32,000 nt of DNA from Vibrio vulnificus CMCP6 (GCF_000039765.1 NC_004459.3:3106104-3138103); one strand, 5' to 3'; positions 18,538-28,656 are shown, counted from the stretch's first letter. The notes: generated from the sequence alone by a model not told the origin. Numbers and translations: made by a program.

Positions 18538-20907
18538 TTGACCATCACTCACGGTTTTGTCTTAACTCGACATGCACGCGATCGCTTTTCAGGCACTCAA
18601 ATTGAACTGTGGCTCTCGACAGAAGATGGGCCGCACCAATTGCTTATTGATGGCGAAAAACCGGTGTTTTTCATCGATGATACTCAGCGTGAAGATGCCC
18701 AACGCTTAGCAAGTGAACACCATCCCGATGTTAAAGTGGAATTCAAACCTCTTCCATTGAAAGACTTCTCACACACCCCTATGGCAGCGTGTTACTGTCA
18801 AACCAATCGAGATGCTTATACCCTCTCATCATTACTTACTCAACACGACATTACGGTGTTGGAGTCAGACATTCGCCTTGCCGATCGCTACTTAATGGAA
18901 CGCTTTATCCGCGGATCTTTGGCGTTTACTGGTACTTTTAAAACGCAAAATGCCCATGTTCAAGTCACCAATGCCAAGTGTCGGCAAGGGGATTACACGC
19001 CAACGCTTAAAATGGTTTCACTCGATTTAGAGTGTTCAGAAAAAGGGATTCTTTATTCCATCGGTTTAGATAGCCCGATGGATAGCCGAGTGATCATGAT
19101 TGGTGAGCCCGAAGCGGCCGACACACCCATTCAGTGGGTCCAAGATGAAAAACAATTACTGCTTGCTTTGATTGCTTGGTTTGAGCAATTTGACCCAGAT
19201 GTTATCGTCGGCTGGAATGTCATTGATTTTGACTTTCGATTACTGCAAAAGCGCGCAGAGTGGCATCAGTTGAAACTGACTCTCGGCCGAGGCAACCAAA
19301 CTAGCTATTTCCGCTCATCGAGCCAAAGCCAACAGGCATTTATTACCATTCCCGGCCGCGTTGTCCTAGATGGCATTGATACCTTAAAAACCGCCACCTA
19401 CCACTTTCGTTCTTGGTCGTTGGAGTCGGTTTCACGAGAACTATTGGGCGAAGGTAAAGCGATTCACAATGTGCACGATCGCATGGCCGAAATTAATCAC
19501 ATGTTTCGCCACGACAAGCCTTCCCTCGCGAAATACAACTTACAAGATTGCGTCTTGGTCAATCGTATTTTCGCTCACACTCATCTGCTCGAGTACGTGA
19601 TTGAACGGTCTAAATTAACGGGCGTCGAACTGGATCGTGTCGGGGGCTCTGTGGCGGCCTTTACCAACCTCTACCTACCGCAATTGCATCGCGCAGGTTA
19701 CATTGCGCCCAATTTACAGCCTGAGAATTGGGTTGCGAGCCCTGGTGGTTACGTTATGGACTCGCTGCCCGGACTTTACGATTCTGTTTTAGTGCTCGAT
19801 TTTAAGAGTCTTTATCCATCGATTATTCGATCGTTTCTGATCGACCCACTTGGGTTAGTTGAAGGGCTTAAATTAGAAAGTGGCAAAGCGCCACACCAAG
19901 CCGTTCCGGGCTTTCGTGGTGGCCAGTTTCATCGCACTAAGCACTTTCTGCCCGAGATGATCGAGACATTGTGGCATGCTCGAGATGTCGCGAAACGCAA
20001 CAACGACAAAGCCTTCTCTCAAGCAATTAAGATCATCATGAACTCATTTTATGGGGTACTTGGCTCATCGGGCTGCCGTTTTTTTGATACTCGGTTGGCC
20101 TCAAGCATCACGATGCGCGGGCATGAGATCATGAAGCAGACAAAATTGCTGATTGAACAGCAGGGCTATCAAGTCATTTATGGTGACACGGACTCAACCT
20201 TTGTTTCGCTCAATGGTCGTTTCGAGCAGCCAGAAGCCGATGCAATTGGTCGCCAATTGGTTAGCCTGATTAACCAATGGTGGAAGCAACATCTTGAGCA
20301 AGAGTTCAATTTAAACTCCATCCTTGAACTTGAATACGAAACCCACTATCGCAAATTTTTGATGCCAACCATCCGTGGCGCCGAAACAGGCTCGAAGAAA
20401 CGGTATGCAGGATTGATTCAACAAGGCAGCGAAGAGAGAATCGTATTTAAAGGCTTAGAAAGTGCGAGAACGGACTGGACGCCATTGGCACAACGTTTCC
20501 AGCACCAACTCTATATGATGATCTTTCACGACCAAGATCCGACTGACTATGTGCGTGAGATGGTTGAACAAACTCGAGCGGGGGCATTTGATGATGAGCT
20601 GGTCTATCAAAAACGCTTACGCAGAAAACTCAGTGACTATCAGAAAAACGTTCCGCCTCAAGTTCGGGCGGCAAGAATGGCCGACGAAATCAATGCGCGC
20701 TTAGGGCGACCACTTCAATATCAAAATCGAGCACGTATTGAGTATCTCATTACGCTCAATGGGCCAGAACCCAAGGAATACCAATCCAGCGCGATCGATT
20801 ACCAACATTATGTCGATAAACAGCTCAAACCGGTTGCCGATGCCATTCTACCTTTTATTGGTAAAGACTTTAGCCAGTTAGCCGATGCGCAATTAGGTCT
20901 TTTCTAA
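18538..20907 (+). CDS. polB: DNA polymerase II (family B)
   Basis: 789 aa, TTG start. SLDLECSEKGILYSIGL (exonuclease), DFKSLYPSIIRSFLIDPLGL and YGDTDSTFV (polymerase motifs). Confidence 0.96.
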   Translation: MTITHGFVLTRHARDRFSGTQIELWLSTEDGPHQLLIDGEKPVFFIDDTQREDAQRLASEHHPDVKVEFKPLPLKDFSHTPMAACYCQTNRDAYTLSSLLTQHDITVLESDIRLADRYLMERFIRGSLAFTGTFKTQNAHVQVTNAKCRQGDYTPTLKMVSLDLECSEKGILYSIGLDSPMDSRVIMIGEPEAADTPIQWVQDEKQLLLALIAWFEQFDPDVIVGWNVIDFDFRLLQKRAEWHQLKLTLGRGNQTSYFRSSSQSQQAFITIPGRVVLDGIDTLKTATYHFRSWSLESVSRELLGEGKAIHNVHDRMAEINHMFRHDKPSLAKYNLQDCVLVNRIFAHTHLLEYVIERSKLTGVELDRVGGSVAAFTNLYLPQLHRAGYIAPNLQPENWVASPGGYVMDSLPGLYDSVLVLDFKSLYPSIIRSFLIDPLGLVEGLKLESGKAPHQAVPGFRGGQFHRTKHFLPEMIETLWHARDVAKRNNDKAFSQAIKIIMNSFYGVLGSSGCRFFDTRLASSITMRGHEIMKQTKLLIEQQGYQVIYGDTDSTFVSLNGRFEQPEADAIGRQLVSLINQWWKQHLEQEFNLNSILELEYETHYRKFLMPTIRGAETGSKKRYAGLIQQGSEERIVFKGLESARTDWTPLAQRFQHQLYMMIFHDQDPTDYVREMVEQTRAGAFDDELVYQKRLRRKLSDYQKNVPPQVRAARMADEINARLGRPLQYQNRARIEYLITLNGPEPKEYQSSAIDYQHYVDKQLKPVADAILPFIGKDFSQLADAQLGLF

Positions 20908-23000
20908 TCCACTTCCACGACTGGAGTGAGTCGGTTGGCGTTGATGCAGTATTGGATAAATGAGTTGTGTTGCAATGAACGGCTGTAATACCAGCCCTGT
21001 ATCGAGATGTGCTCTTTCGCGGGAATGTGGTTCAATTGCTGTTGCGATTCAACCCCTTCAATAACCACTTCTAGTCCCAGTTGCTCGGCCACAGAAAGAA
21101 GGCTCATGAACACTTTTTTTCCTTTCTCGTTATCAAGTGCCAAAACAAAGGAACGATCGACTTTAATCGCGTCGACTTCAAATCGATTGAGGTAAGACAA
21201 CGAGGAGAAACCCGTCCCAAAGTCATCAATATACACCGCTACGCCCAATTGATGTAGCAGGTTAAAAGAACGCGCCAGTACCTGCTCATCCACCAGCAAC
21301 GTCTCTTCGGTGATTTCAATGTGTACTTGTGACGCGACAGGAGCCAAAATGTATTCCAGTTTATCCATACACTCTTGGTCAGCAAGAAAAGCAGGGGTAA
21401 GGTTGATGCTAACAGGCACATACAAGCCAATGCGGTTCCACTCTTGAATGTCTTTTGCGACCGTTTTCAGCACCCAAAGATCCACATCTTTCATCAAGCC
21501 CGCTTCTTCGAGCCATGGCAAGAACGTACCGGGATACACCAGCGTGCCATCGGGTTCGATAGCTCGAATTAACGCTTCACAACCAACCACACGGCCGGTT
21601 TGATGAGAAACTTGCGGTTGATATTCCAGGCAAAACTCTTTGCTACCAATGTGCTCTAATCGTTGTTCAACTTCCTGAGCACGGCGAGCGCGATCATTTG
21701 CAGTCGCAATGGGGTCATCTTTTAATGTGTCCGCTTCTTCTCTGCGTCTCACGTACACCGTATCAAGAAAATCAATTTTGATTTCGCGATTGCTGTACAA
21801 CCGATTGAGGTTTCTCACCGATGGATAGTAGATCACCACACCAACGGCAATGTTAAAGAGTTGCAGCAGCACCCCACCCCAGTCACCAGATGTTGCTAAC
21901 CACGCGTTAATAATAATTGGCGCATTAAAAGGCACACTTGCGCTTGGCACGTTGATAACACCGACTTCAATCGCAAGCAAGGTCGTCACCACGTGCACCG
22001 CCGGTGTTAAAAAAAACGGTAAAAACATACGTGGATTCAAAATAATGGGCAGACCAAACAGCAAAATTTCATTGACGTTAATTAAGCCAATAGGGATAGA
22101 GGCGATCGCTATTAATTTGAGACTTTTCTGCTTCGCAAACAATAACATGGCGATGACTAATGACAGTGTTGCTCCGCTCCCTCCAATGAAGACAAAGGTC
22201 CCCATCATGGAAAGGTTCATCGCATAATGTCCTTCACCTCCGGCGACAAAGGTGGAATAGTTCAACGAACTTGCTTGCTGTAACAGCTCAACCAGTGGCA
22301 ACAGTGCGTAGTAACCGTGAACACCGAGGAACCATAACAACGAGTTCATCGCGGCAAAGGTGATACCAAACTCATACGGCTCATTGGCATAATCGAGTTG
22401 TACTAATTTCAACCCATCACCAAAGCTGATCATGCTGAATATTAAGTAATTAATCACCACGACAATAAACGCAGTTAGCAGTGCGGGTAAAACAAGATTC
22501 AACGATTCTTTGACCAGCTTACCTCCACTGTCGGAGTTGGTGATGCGCAATTGAGGCACGTGCAGCAAATGCGCCAAGATAGGAATCGCGTACAGCGGCG
22601 TCACAATCGCAATGACGATGTGAAACATTTTCAACGTGTCATCAGCGGGTACGACATGACCAACAATAAGGAGAAAAATAATCGAAAGTAGGGCCATCGG
22701 TGGGCGAGCTAATTTCCATTGCATCGCCAGCACATAAGAGATGGTCGCCGTCATAAGATAGGGAAAAAACGCCGCAATCGCGTTATGCACATCATACAGT
22801 GCATTGATCCAGCCACTTCGACCACCGCCAACAAACTCCCCCATACTGGCAAAGAACAGCGCAAAAGCCGATAACATCAAACAGGGAATCAGCCAAATCA
22901 TCCCTTCGCGAATTGCCTGCAATGATGGGGCGAGTCGTTTGCTCACCTTCTTCAAATTGATGCCAACGACCGTCCACGATAAGCTTGCCTGCTTTTCCAT
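20904..23000 (-). CDS. Membrane fusion protein: PTS lactose/cellobiose-type EIIC domain plus C-terminal EAL c-di-GMP phosphodiesterase domain
   Basis: 698 aa. N-terminal multi-pass region with EIIC-like NEILLFGLPIILNPRMFLPFFLTP and GVHGYYALLPLVELL. C-terminal CEALIRA, INLTP, HIEITEE, YIDDFGTGFSSLSYLNRF, IKVDRSFV and IEGVES. Confidence 0.88.
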   Translation of the reverse strand: MEKQASLSWTVVGINLKKVSKRLAPSLQAIREGMIWLIPCLMLSAFALFFASMGEFVGGGRSGWINALYDVHNAIAAFFPYLMTATISYVLAMQWKLARPPMALLSIIFLLIVGHVVPADDTLKMFHIVIAIVTPLYAIPILAHLLHVPQLRITNSDSGGKLVKESLNLVLPALLTAFIVVVINYLIFSMISFGDGLKLVQLDYANEPYEFGITFAAMNSLLWFLGVHGYYALLPLVELLQQASSLNYSTFVAGGEGHYAMNLSMMGTFVFIGGSGATLSLVIAMLLFAKQKSLKLIAIASIPIGLINVNEILLFGLPIILNPRMFLPFFLTPAVHVVTTLLAIEVGVINVPSASVPFNAPIIINAWLATSGDWGGVLLQLFNIAVGVVIYYPSVRNLNRLYSNREIKIDFLDTVYVRRREEADTLKDDPIATANDRARRAQEVEQRLEHIGSKEFCLEYQPQVSHQTGRVVGCEALIRAIEPDGTLVYPGTFLPWLEEAGLMKDVDLWVLKTVAKDIQEWNRIGLYVPVSINLTPAFLADQECMDKLEYILAPVASQVHIEITEETLLVDEQVLARSFNLLHQLGVAVYIDDFGTGFSSLSYLNRFEVDAIKVDRSFVLALDNEKGKKVFMSLLSVAEQLGLEVVIEGVESQQQLNHIPAKEHISIQGWYYSRSLQHNSFIQYCINANRLTPVVEVD

Positions 23001-23098
23001 GTGCTGATCCTGTAATCGCCTTCACCTTTTAAAGTTAGCACAGAACAGCAGATAGACTACATTAGTAATCACTAAATCATCAATTGAGAACGGTATGA

Positions 23099-23866
23099 TT
23101 AGCCGATTTTAAATTCCGTTTTTTGATATTGCTTCACTAGCCACTCACCAAACCCATCCAATAGCCCTATAACCGAACGTTTGGGAATGGCTTGACCCGC
23201 CAACAATATCGTTAGACGACGAATCTCGACTTCTTTTTCTGGATGGTATTGAAGGAATTGGCGGCCACACTCTAATGGGTCGTCGTACCAACGCTGATCT
23301 TTGTACATCACCAATGAATAGCTTGCCCGCAAAAGTTTTTTAGCGATGACCTTTTGCGGTTCAATTTGTTGCTCAACGGAAGTCGCGCGAGCAATTTTGT
23401 TGCGATATACCGCAAGCCAATCCTCGACATCCATATTCCAATGCTTAGCGATTTCCCAACTAGGAACATATTCACCAAAACACTCCGCAAGATCACTACC
23501 ATACACACAGACACAGCAGTGTTTGAGCATAAAGCCCCAAGTAAAAAGACTGTCTAAAGAAGCAATGTCTCGTACTTCCGCCGTTTTTACCGCCACTCCG
23601 GTCACTTGGGGAAAACTTTTTTGCACGCGCCATTTCAACGTGTTAAATACCGTGGCTCTTTGCTCGGTAAATGGACGATGGGTAACCACAACAATATCGA
23701 GATTCGACTTGCCTTCCTGCGCCGTTTTCCTTGCGACACTGCCATAAACATAGACGCTGTGGAGGTTGTCTCCCAAGCCACTTTTTAGGCACATCAATAC
23801 ATCTTTGATAACGGGCTCAAATTTCGCTTGGAAAGGTTGTTTGGGATCGATAACAGGTAGAGTCAT
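23099..23866 (-). CDS. Nucleotidyltransferase-fold domain protein (aminoglycoside nucleotidyltransferase-like architecture; function uncertain)
   Basis: 255 aa. VYVYGSVARKTAQEGKSNLDIVVVTHRP resembles the GS-x(n)-DxD motif, followed by a helical C-terminal region. Confidence 0.65.
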   Translation of the reverse strand: MTLPVIDPKQPFQAKFEPVIKDVLMCLKSGLGDNLHSVYVYGSVARKTAQEGKSNLDIVVVTHRPFTEQRATVFNTLKWRVQKSFPQVTGVAVKTAEVRDIASLDSLFTWGFMLKHCCVCVYGSDLAECFGEYVPSWEIAKHWNMDVEDWLAVYRNKIARATSVEQQIEPQKVIAKKLLRASYSLVMYKDQRWYDDPLECGRQFLQYHPEKEVEIRRLTILLAGQAIPKRSVIGLLDGFGEWLVKQYQKTEFKIG

Positions 23867-24098
23867 TAATCGGATACGAAGTTGATAATTCTAAGAAACG
23901 CCCAATCTTCGCTTAGCTTACACGAGGAATCAAGCCTTGAGTGCGCAACTGATCTCGGTCGTCGCGACATTCAGATACAAGAGTAAGACTTTGGTGCGCA
24001 AATAGACAAGTTATTCGATTCCAGTACTCGCAAGTTACGCAGAGTTGAGTATATAATTCGGCGATTTTGATCAACCCTAAAACGCGATAGGAACTGAT

Positions 24099-24665
24099 AT
24101 GCCAAAGGCAAGTGAAATTAAAAAAGGTTTTGCAATTGAATCTAACGGCAAAACCCTTCTGGTTAAAGACATCGAAGTAACAACTCCAGGTGGCCGTGGT
24201 GGTTCTAAGATCTACAAAATGCGTTGTACCGATCTAGCAACTGGCGCTCGCGTCGAAGAGCGTTACAAATCTGATGACGTGGTAGAAACGGTGGAAATGA
24301 ACAAAAAAGCTGTGTCATTTTCTTACGTCGACGGCGATGACTACATCTTCATGGATAACGCAGACTACTCTCAATACGTTTTCAAACACGCTGACGTTGA
24401 AGATGATCTGTTGTTCATCAACGAAGATACTCAAGGTATCCACGTTATCCTAGTTAACGGTGAATCCGTAGGCCTAGAGCTTCCTTCATCTGTTGAACTT
24501 GTGATTGAAGAGACCGATCCATCAATCAAAGGCGCTTCTGCATCTGCTCGTACTAAACCTGCTCGCCTATCAACTGGCTTAGTAGTACAAGTACCTGAGT
24601 ACATTGCAACAGGTGATCGCGTGATCATCAACACGGCAGAACGTAAGTACATGAGCCGAGCGTAA
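24099..24665 (+). CDS. yeiP: Elongation factor P-like protein EfpL/YeiP
   Basis: 188 aa. MPKASEIKKGFAIESNGKTLLVKDIEVTTPGGRGGSKIYKMR. Arg33 sits in the loop where EF-P carries its modified lysine. Confidence 0.94.
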   Translation: MPKASEIKKGFAIESNGKTLLVKDIEVTTPGGRGGSKIYKMRCTDLATGARVEERYKSDDVVETVEMNKKAVSFSYVDGDDYIFMDNADYSQYVFKHADVEDDLLFINEDTQGIHVILVNGESVGLELPSSVELVIEETDPSIKGASASARTKPARLSTGLVVQVPEYIATGDRVIINTAERKYMSRA

Positions 24666-24667
24666 GC

Positions 24668-24988
24668 ATGGCAGATTTAATCTCTTACGATGATGCGATA
24701 GACGCGGCTTACGACATTTTTCTCGAAATGGCGCCTGATAACCTAGAGCCAGTCGATGTCATTCTGTTTACTGCACAATTTGATGATCGTGGCGCTGCTG
24801 AGCTGGTTGATATCAGCGATGATTGGGCTGGTCACGTTGGCTTTGACGTTGACAAAGAGATCTACGCAGAAGTACGCATTGGTCTCGTTAATGAAGAAAA
24901 TGATGTCCTAGACGATGTGTTTGCTCGCATGCTGATTAGCCGCGATCCAGACCAAAAGTTCTGTCACATTCTCTGGAAACGAGATTAA
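24668..24988 (+). CDS. yciU: DUF440 / HI1450-family putative dsDNA-mimic protein YciU
   Basis: 106 aa, strongly acidic. MADLISYDDAIDAAYDIFLEMAPDNLEPVDVILFTAQFDDRGAAELV. Confidence 0.85.
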   Translation: MADLISYDDAIDAAYDIFLEMAPDNLEPVDVILFTAQFDDRGAAELVDISDDWAGHVGFDVDKEIYAEVRIGLVNEENDVLDDVFARMLISRDPDQKFCHILWKRD

Positions 24989-24995
24989 GAAGCAA

Positions 24996-25025
24996 AAAAG
25001 GCTTGCCAATGGCAAGCCTTTTCAT
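24996..25025. terminator. Bidirectional terminator between yciU and rluB
   Basis: AAGGCTTGCC (24999-25008) / GGCAAGCCTT (25011-25020), with an A run before and T run after. Confidence 0.85.
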
Positions 25026-25039
25026 TTCTGCTCGTTCTC

Positions 25040-26002
25040 TTAGCGCTGTGGCTTAGAGCGGCTACCCGCTTGGTTGCGGCTATTGGTTTTGTTTGTTTGA
25101 CCATCGGCCTTACTTGGCTTGCGTCGTGCCGCATTGTTGCTGCGACCTTTTGGCGTACTCACGCGCTCTTCATGACGTTTTACCGCGCGGCGAATCTTCT
25201 GACTACGGGCACGGTCACGCTTACGTGATGAGTTATTCAACTCAATCATGGTCTCTTTCTCTGGACGAAGCTCTACCAACTCGCGTAGGTAGTTCACGTC
25301 TTTCAGCTCAAGCTCCATCCAACCGCCACGTGGCAGTTTCTTATCAAGATAAATGTCACCATAACGTACACGTTTTAAGCGGCTTACTGTGCAATCCTGA
25401 GATTCCCAAAGACGACGAACCTCACGGTTACGACCTTCATTGATCACCACGTAAAACGTATGGTTCATACCTTCACCGCCAGTATAAACCACGTCTTCAA
25501 AGCGAGCTAAACCATCATCGAGCTCAACGCCGTTAACGAGGTTACGTACCTTGTGCTCATTCACTTCGCCAAACACGCGAACTAGGTATTCACGTTCAAC
25601 TTGACGACTTGGGTGCATTAGGCGATTTGCCAATTCACCATCAGTGGTAAAAAGCAACAAACCAGAGGTGTTTGCATCAAGACGACCAACAGAGATCCAG
25701 CGAGAGCCACGGATTTTTGGTAGACGATCAAAAACAGTACGGCGACCTTCTGGGTCGTGACGCGTACAGAGCTCACCTTCAGGTTTGTAGTATGCCAACA
25801 CTCGGCAAATCACCTCTTCCTGAGCTTTCACGGACACAACGTGACCATCGATGCGCACTACTGCTTGCTCATCTTCTAGTCGTTCGCCCAGTTTCGCGAC
25901 GATACCGTTCACACTCACACGTCCTGATTTGATTAATGCTTCCAATTCACGACGTGAGCCATGACCAGCTCGTGCCAAAACTTTCTGTAATTTTTCGTTC
26001 AT
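25040..26002 (-). CDS. rluB: 23S rRNA pseudouridine(2605) synthase
   Basis: 320 aa. S4 domain [33 protein letters not shown], catalytic [27 protein letters not shown], basic C-terminal tail. Confidence 0.93.
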   Translation of the reverse strand: MNEKLQKVLARAGHGSRRELEALIKSGRVSVNGIVAKLGERLEDEQAVVRIDGHVVSVKAQEEVICRVLAYYKPEGELCTRHDPEGRRTVFDRLPKIRGSRWISVGRLDANTSGLLLFTTDGELANRLMHPSRQVEREYLVRVFGEVNEHKVRNLVNGVELDDGLARFEDVVYTGGEGMNHTFYVVINEGRNREVRRLWESQDCTVSRLKRVRYGDIYLDKKLPRGGWMELELKDVNYLRELVELRPEKETMIELNNSSRKRDRARSQKIRRAVKRHEERVSTPKGRSNNAARRKPSKADGQTNKTNSRNQAGSRSKPQR

Positions 26003-26337
26003 TTATCTACCTAAATTGTCGTCTTCTCAGACGTCTTAGTCTTACCAAGCTAGACCCGTTTACAATGTCTACCCGATGCTCGGAATCGAGGCGCCGATTA
26101 TACGGGAAAATTTCATTCAATGTAAGATCTCCCCTTCGACGAGCTGTGGAAAACTGCGCATATCCATCCGTGATATCGAGTCAGTTAACCATCTAAGAGT
26201 ATTAGAAATACCATACTCCACCACCACCAATTTCCTACTTTGGTTCATGGGTCTACTTTTCGGACACTGATAAAATTATCAAGCAATTTTATGTAACGCT
26301 TGCAGTCAATATCATCACAAAACAAAAGGAATAATCT

Positions 26338-27048
26338 ATGTCTGGAACAACGGTTGATTTGAACTGGATATTTGGTACCGCACAAGACGACGATCTGAAA
26401 GGCACCGTAGGATCGGAAACCACTGATATATTCTTTGGCTTTGGAGGTGACGATAAGTTCGTCGGCTTCGGGGGAAACGACTATATTTTTGGCGGATGGG
26501 GTAACGATACCCTGCTAGGCGGTCGTGGTAATGATTTCATTTCCGGCGGCTCAGGAAATGACTTTCTCTCCGGAGGTTTAGGTAATGACACCCTCTTTGG
26601 CGGAAGCGGTGACGACATCATTTATGACTACGAAGGGAATAACTTTCTCAGCGGCGGTTGGGGTAATGACACGCTGGTCGTAGGACACGGCGATTCAATG
26701 CTCAGCGGTGGTTGCGGAAAGGACACGTTTGTTCTCACCAACCATTTGCCGATCAACGTACACGATCAACAAGTGCCAGTGAATGACATTGAAGTCAAAG
26801 CCGAGATCCTCGACTTTAATCTGTGCTACGACAAAATTTCGTTCAATATCGGCAAAGATACCAATGGAGATGGTATTCGCGACACCTTTCTTCAGTCACG
26901 AGATGAGCTTGATCTCTCGTTCAATCAATGGGGAGACGCTGTATTCTCCAGCGAAGAATGGGGAGTCGAACTCACCCTCACAGGCATTTCTCAATACGAT
27001 ATGAATTGGATTGATCATTACGGTATTGAGCTGTTTGATTTTGCTTGA
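26338..27048 (+). CDS. Small stand-alone RTX (hemolysin-type calcium-binding repeat) protein
   Basis: 236 aa preceded by AAAAGGAATAATCT. About eleven contiguous GGxGNDxLx-type nonapeptides, then [14 protein letters not shown] and a C-terminal region like those of type I-secreted RTX proteins. Confidence 0.85.
   Translation: MSGTTVDLNWIFGTAQDDDLKGTVGSETTDIFFGFGGDDKFVGFGGNDYIFGGWGNDTLLGGRGNDFISGGSGNDFLSGGLGNDTLFGGSGDDIIYDYEGNNFLSGGWGNDTLVVGHGDSMLSGGCGKDTFVLTNHLPINVHDQQVPVNDIEVKAEILDFNLCYDKISFNIGKDTNGDGIRDTFLQSRDELDLSFNQWGDAVFSSEEWGVELTLTGISQYDMNWIDHYGIELFDFA
26434..26730 (+). repeat. Array of about 11 RTX nonapeptide (27-nt) units
   Basis: Translated units [99 protein letters not shown]. Confidence 0.85.
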
Positions 27049-27075
27049 TAAGTGCGAGTATCGTCACTTAAAAAC

Positions 27076-27098
27076 AAAGGGAAGCTAAGCTTCCCTTT
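27076..27098. terminator. Stem-loop between the convergent RTX and yciO genes
   Basis: AAAGGGAAGC (27076-27085) / GCTTCCCTTT (27089-27098). Confidence 0.6.
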
Positions 27099-27123
27099 GA
27101 ACTATACGTCATCACTAACATCA

Positions 27124-27744
27124 TTACTCAAATGGTGCTGGGTCACCAGAGCCAATACGTGCAACAACCGCATCACCTTCACTAAAGTCAATCACCGTCG
27201 TTGGTTGCTCGCCCAAGTAACCCCCGTTAAGAATCACATCAACCGCGTGTTCAAGTTTATCGCGGATCTCTTCTGGATCGGCTTCCGTTACCTCTTTGCC
27301 TGGCAAAATCAGTGATGTCGACATCAATGGCTCACCCAACGCATCAAGCAGATCTAGGGCAATACGGTTATCGGGTACACGAATACCTATGGTCTTACGC
27401 TTAGCGTTCATCAAACGACGCGGCACTTCTTTGGTCCCTTTAAAAATAAAGGTGTAAGGACCTGGAGTGTTGTTCTTTAACAAACGAAACGCCGTGTTAT
27501 CCACACGTGCGTAAATGGACAACTCTGAAAGGTCACGGCACAACAGTGTGAAGTTGTGTTTTTCGTCTAAGCGACGGATCTGGCAAATTCTGTCTAATGC
27601 TTGCTTGTTTTCTAATTGACAGCCCAACGCGTATCCTGAATCGGTTGGATACACCACCACTCCGCCATTTCGAATGATTGCTACGGCTTGATTAATCAAG
27701 CGAGCCTGTGGGTTTTCTGGATGAACGTAAAAAAACTGGCTCAT
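27124..27744 (-). CDS. yciO: Sua5/YciO/YrdC-family protein (YciO type)
   Basis: 206 aa. MSQFFYVHPENPQARLINQAVAIIRNGGVVVYPTDSGYALGCQLENKQALDRICQIRRL. Confidence 0.9.
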   Translation of the reverse strand: MSQFFYVHPENPQARLINQAVAIIRNGGVVVYPTDSGYALGCQLENKQALDRICQIRRLDEKHNFTLLCRDLSELSIYARVDNTAFRLLKNNTPGPYTFIFKGTKEVPRRLMNAKRKTIGIRVPDNRIALDLLDALGEPLMSTSLILPGKEVTEADPEEIRDKLEHAVDVILNGGYLGEQPTTVIDFSEGDAVVARIGSGDPAPFE

Positions 27745-27774
27745 GGTAATTCCTCATTATCGAACCTCTCGGCT

Positions 27775-28656
27775 CTATAGCTCTGGGGCAATCGTAGACA
27801 CGGTTTGAATTTTGTCTACCGGTTCTAAACCCCAATCTTTCCACACTGGTTCAACCCCCGCGGGTAACCAGAGGTTTCTTCCCAATTCCATCCACGGAGA
27901 CGGATAATGAAAATCACTGCCTTGGGAAGCTAATAGTTTGTATTGTATTGCATAATCAGCCAAATTGCGCCTTTCTTGCTGCGATTGTTGTGGCTGCGCT
28001 ACTTCCATCGCATCGCCACCGGCCTCGACAAAGGCTTGTAACAAGCGTTTCAACCATTTCGCCGTCAAGTTGTATCGCGCTGGGTGTGCAAGCACCGCTT
28101 GGCCCCCTGCGGCATGAATGGCTTTCACTGCGTCATCAATTGAACACCAGTTTGGCGGGACATAACCCGGGTTGTTACGCGTTAAGTATTTTTTAAACAC
28201 CTGCTGCATCGTTTTGGCATAACCATTATCCACCAGCCATTTGGCAAAGTGAGCACGGGTAATCGGCGCTCCATCAGCGATTTGTCGCACCTCTTCGAGC
28301 ACACCTTCCCGTGTCGCTTTTTGCAAACGTTGTGCAATCAGCTCAGCGCGGTTAACACGATGTTCTTGTTGCTGCTCAATCAGTTGATTCAGTGTCATGT
28401 TGTTAGGATCAACATTTAATCCCACGACATGGATGTCTTTATTCTGCCAAACCGTGGATATTTCAATGCCATTAATGATTTTAATTGGCAATTGCTTCTC
28501 ATCGACATAACGATGTATTTCCGCCAACGCTTCTACCGTATCATGATCGGTCACCGCGAGCACATCCAAGTCAAACGTAAGGGCTCGCTCGATGAGTTCT
28601 TGCGGTGAAAAACGACCATCCGAGGCCGTCGTGTGGCTATGTAAATCTATTCTCAT
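27775..28656 (-). CDS. rnm: PHP-domain 5'-3' exoribonuclease (RNase AM / YciV / TrpH)
   Basis: 293 aa. [25 protein letters not shown]...[14 protein letters not shown] and GSDFHYP metal ligands. Divergent from the trp operon. Confidence 0.9.
   Translation of the reverse strand: MRIDLHSHTTASDGRFSPQELIERALTFDLDVLAVTDHDTVEALAEIHRYVDEKQLPIKIINGIEISTVWQNKDIHVVGLNVDPNNMTLNQLIEQQQEHRVNRAELIAQRLQKATREGVLEEVRQIADGAPITRAHFAKWLVDNGYAKTMQQVFKKYLTRNNPGYVPPNWCSIDDAVKAIHAAGGQAVLAHPARYNLTAKWLKRLLQAFVEAGGDAMEVAQPQQSQQERRNLADYAIQYKLLASQGSDFHYPSPWMELGRNLWLPAGVEPVWKDWGLEPVDKIQTVSTIAPEL

Noticed and set aside
23099-23866. Calling this an aminoglycoside resistance gene
   Set aside because: Fold-level resemblance only. 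The DxD motif is altered and there is no mobile or resistance context.
26434-26730. Considered as a CRISPR-like or DNA tandem-repeat array
   Set aside because: The periodicity is 27 nt and coding (RTX nonapeptides), without identical repeats or unique spacers.
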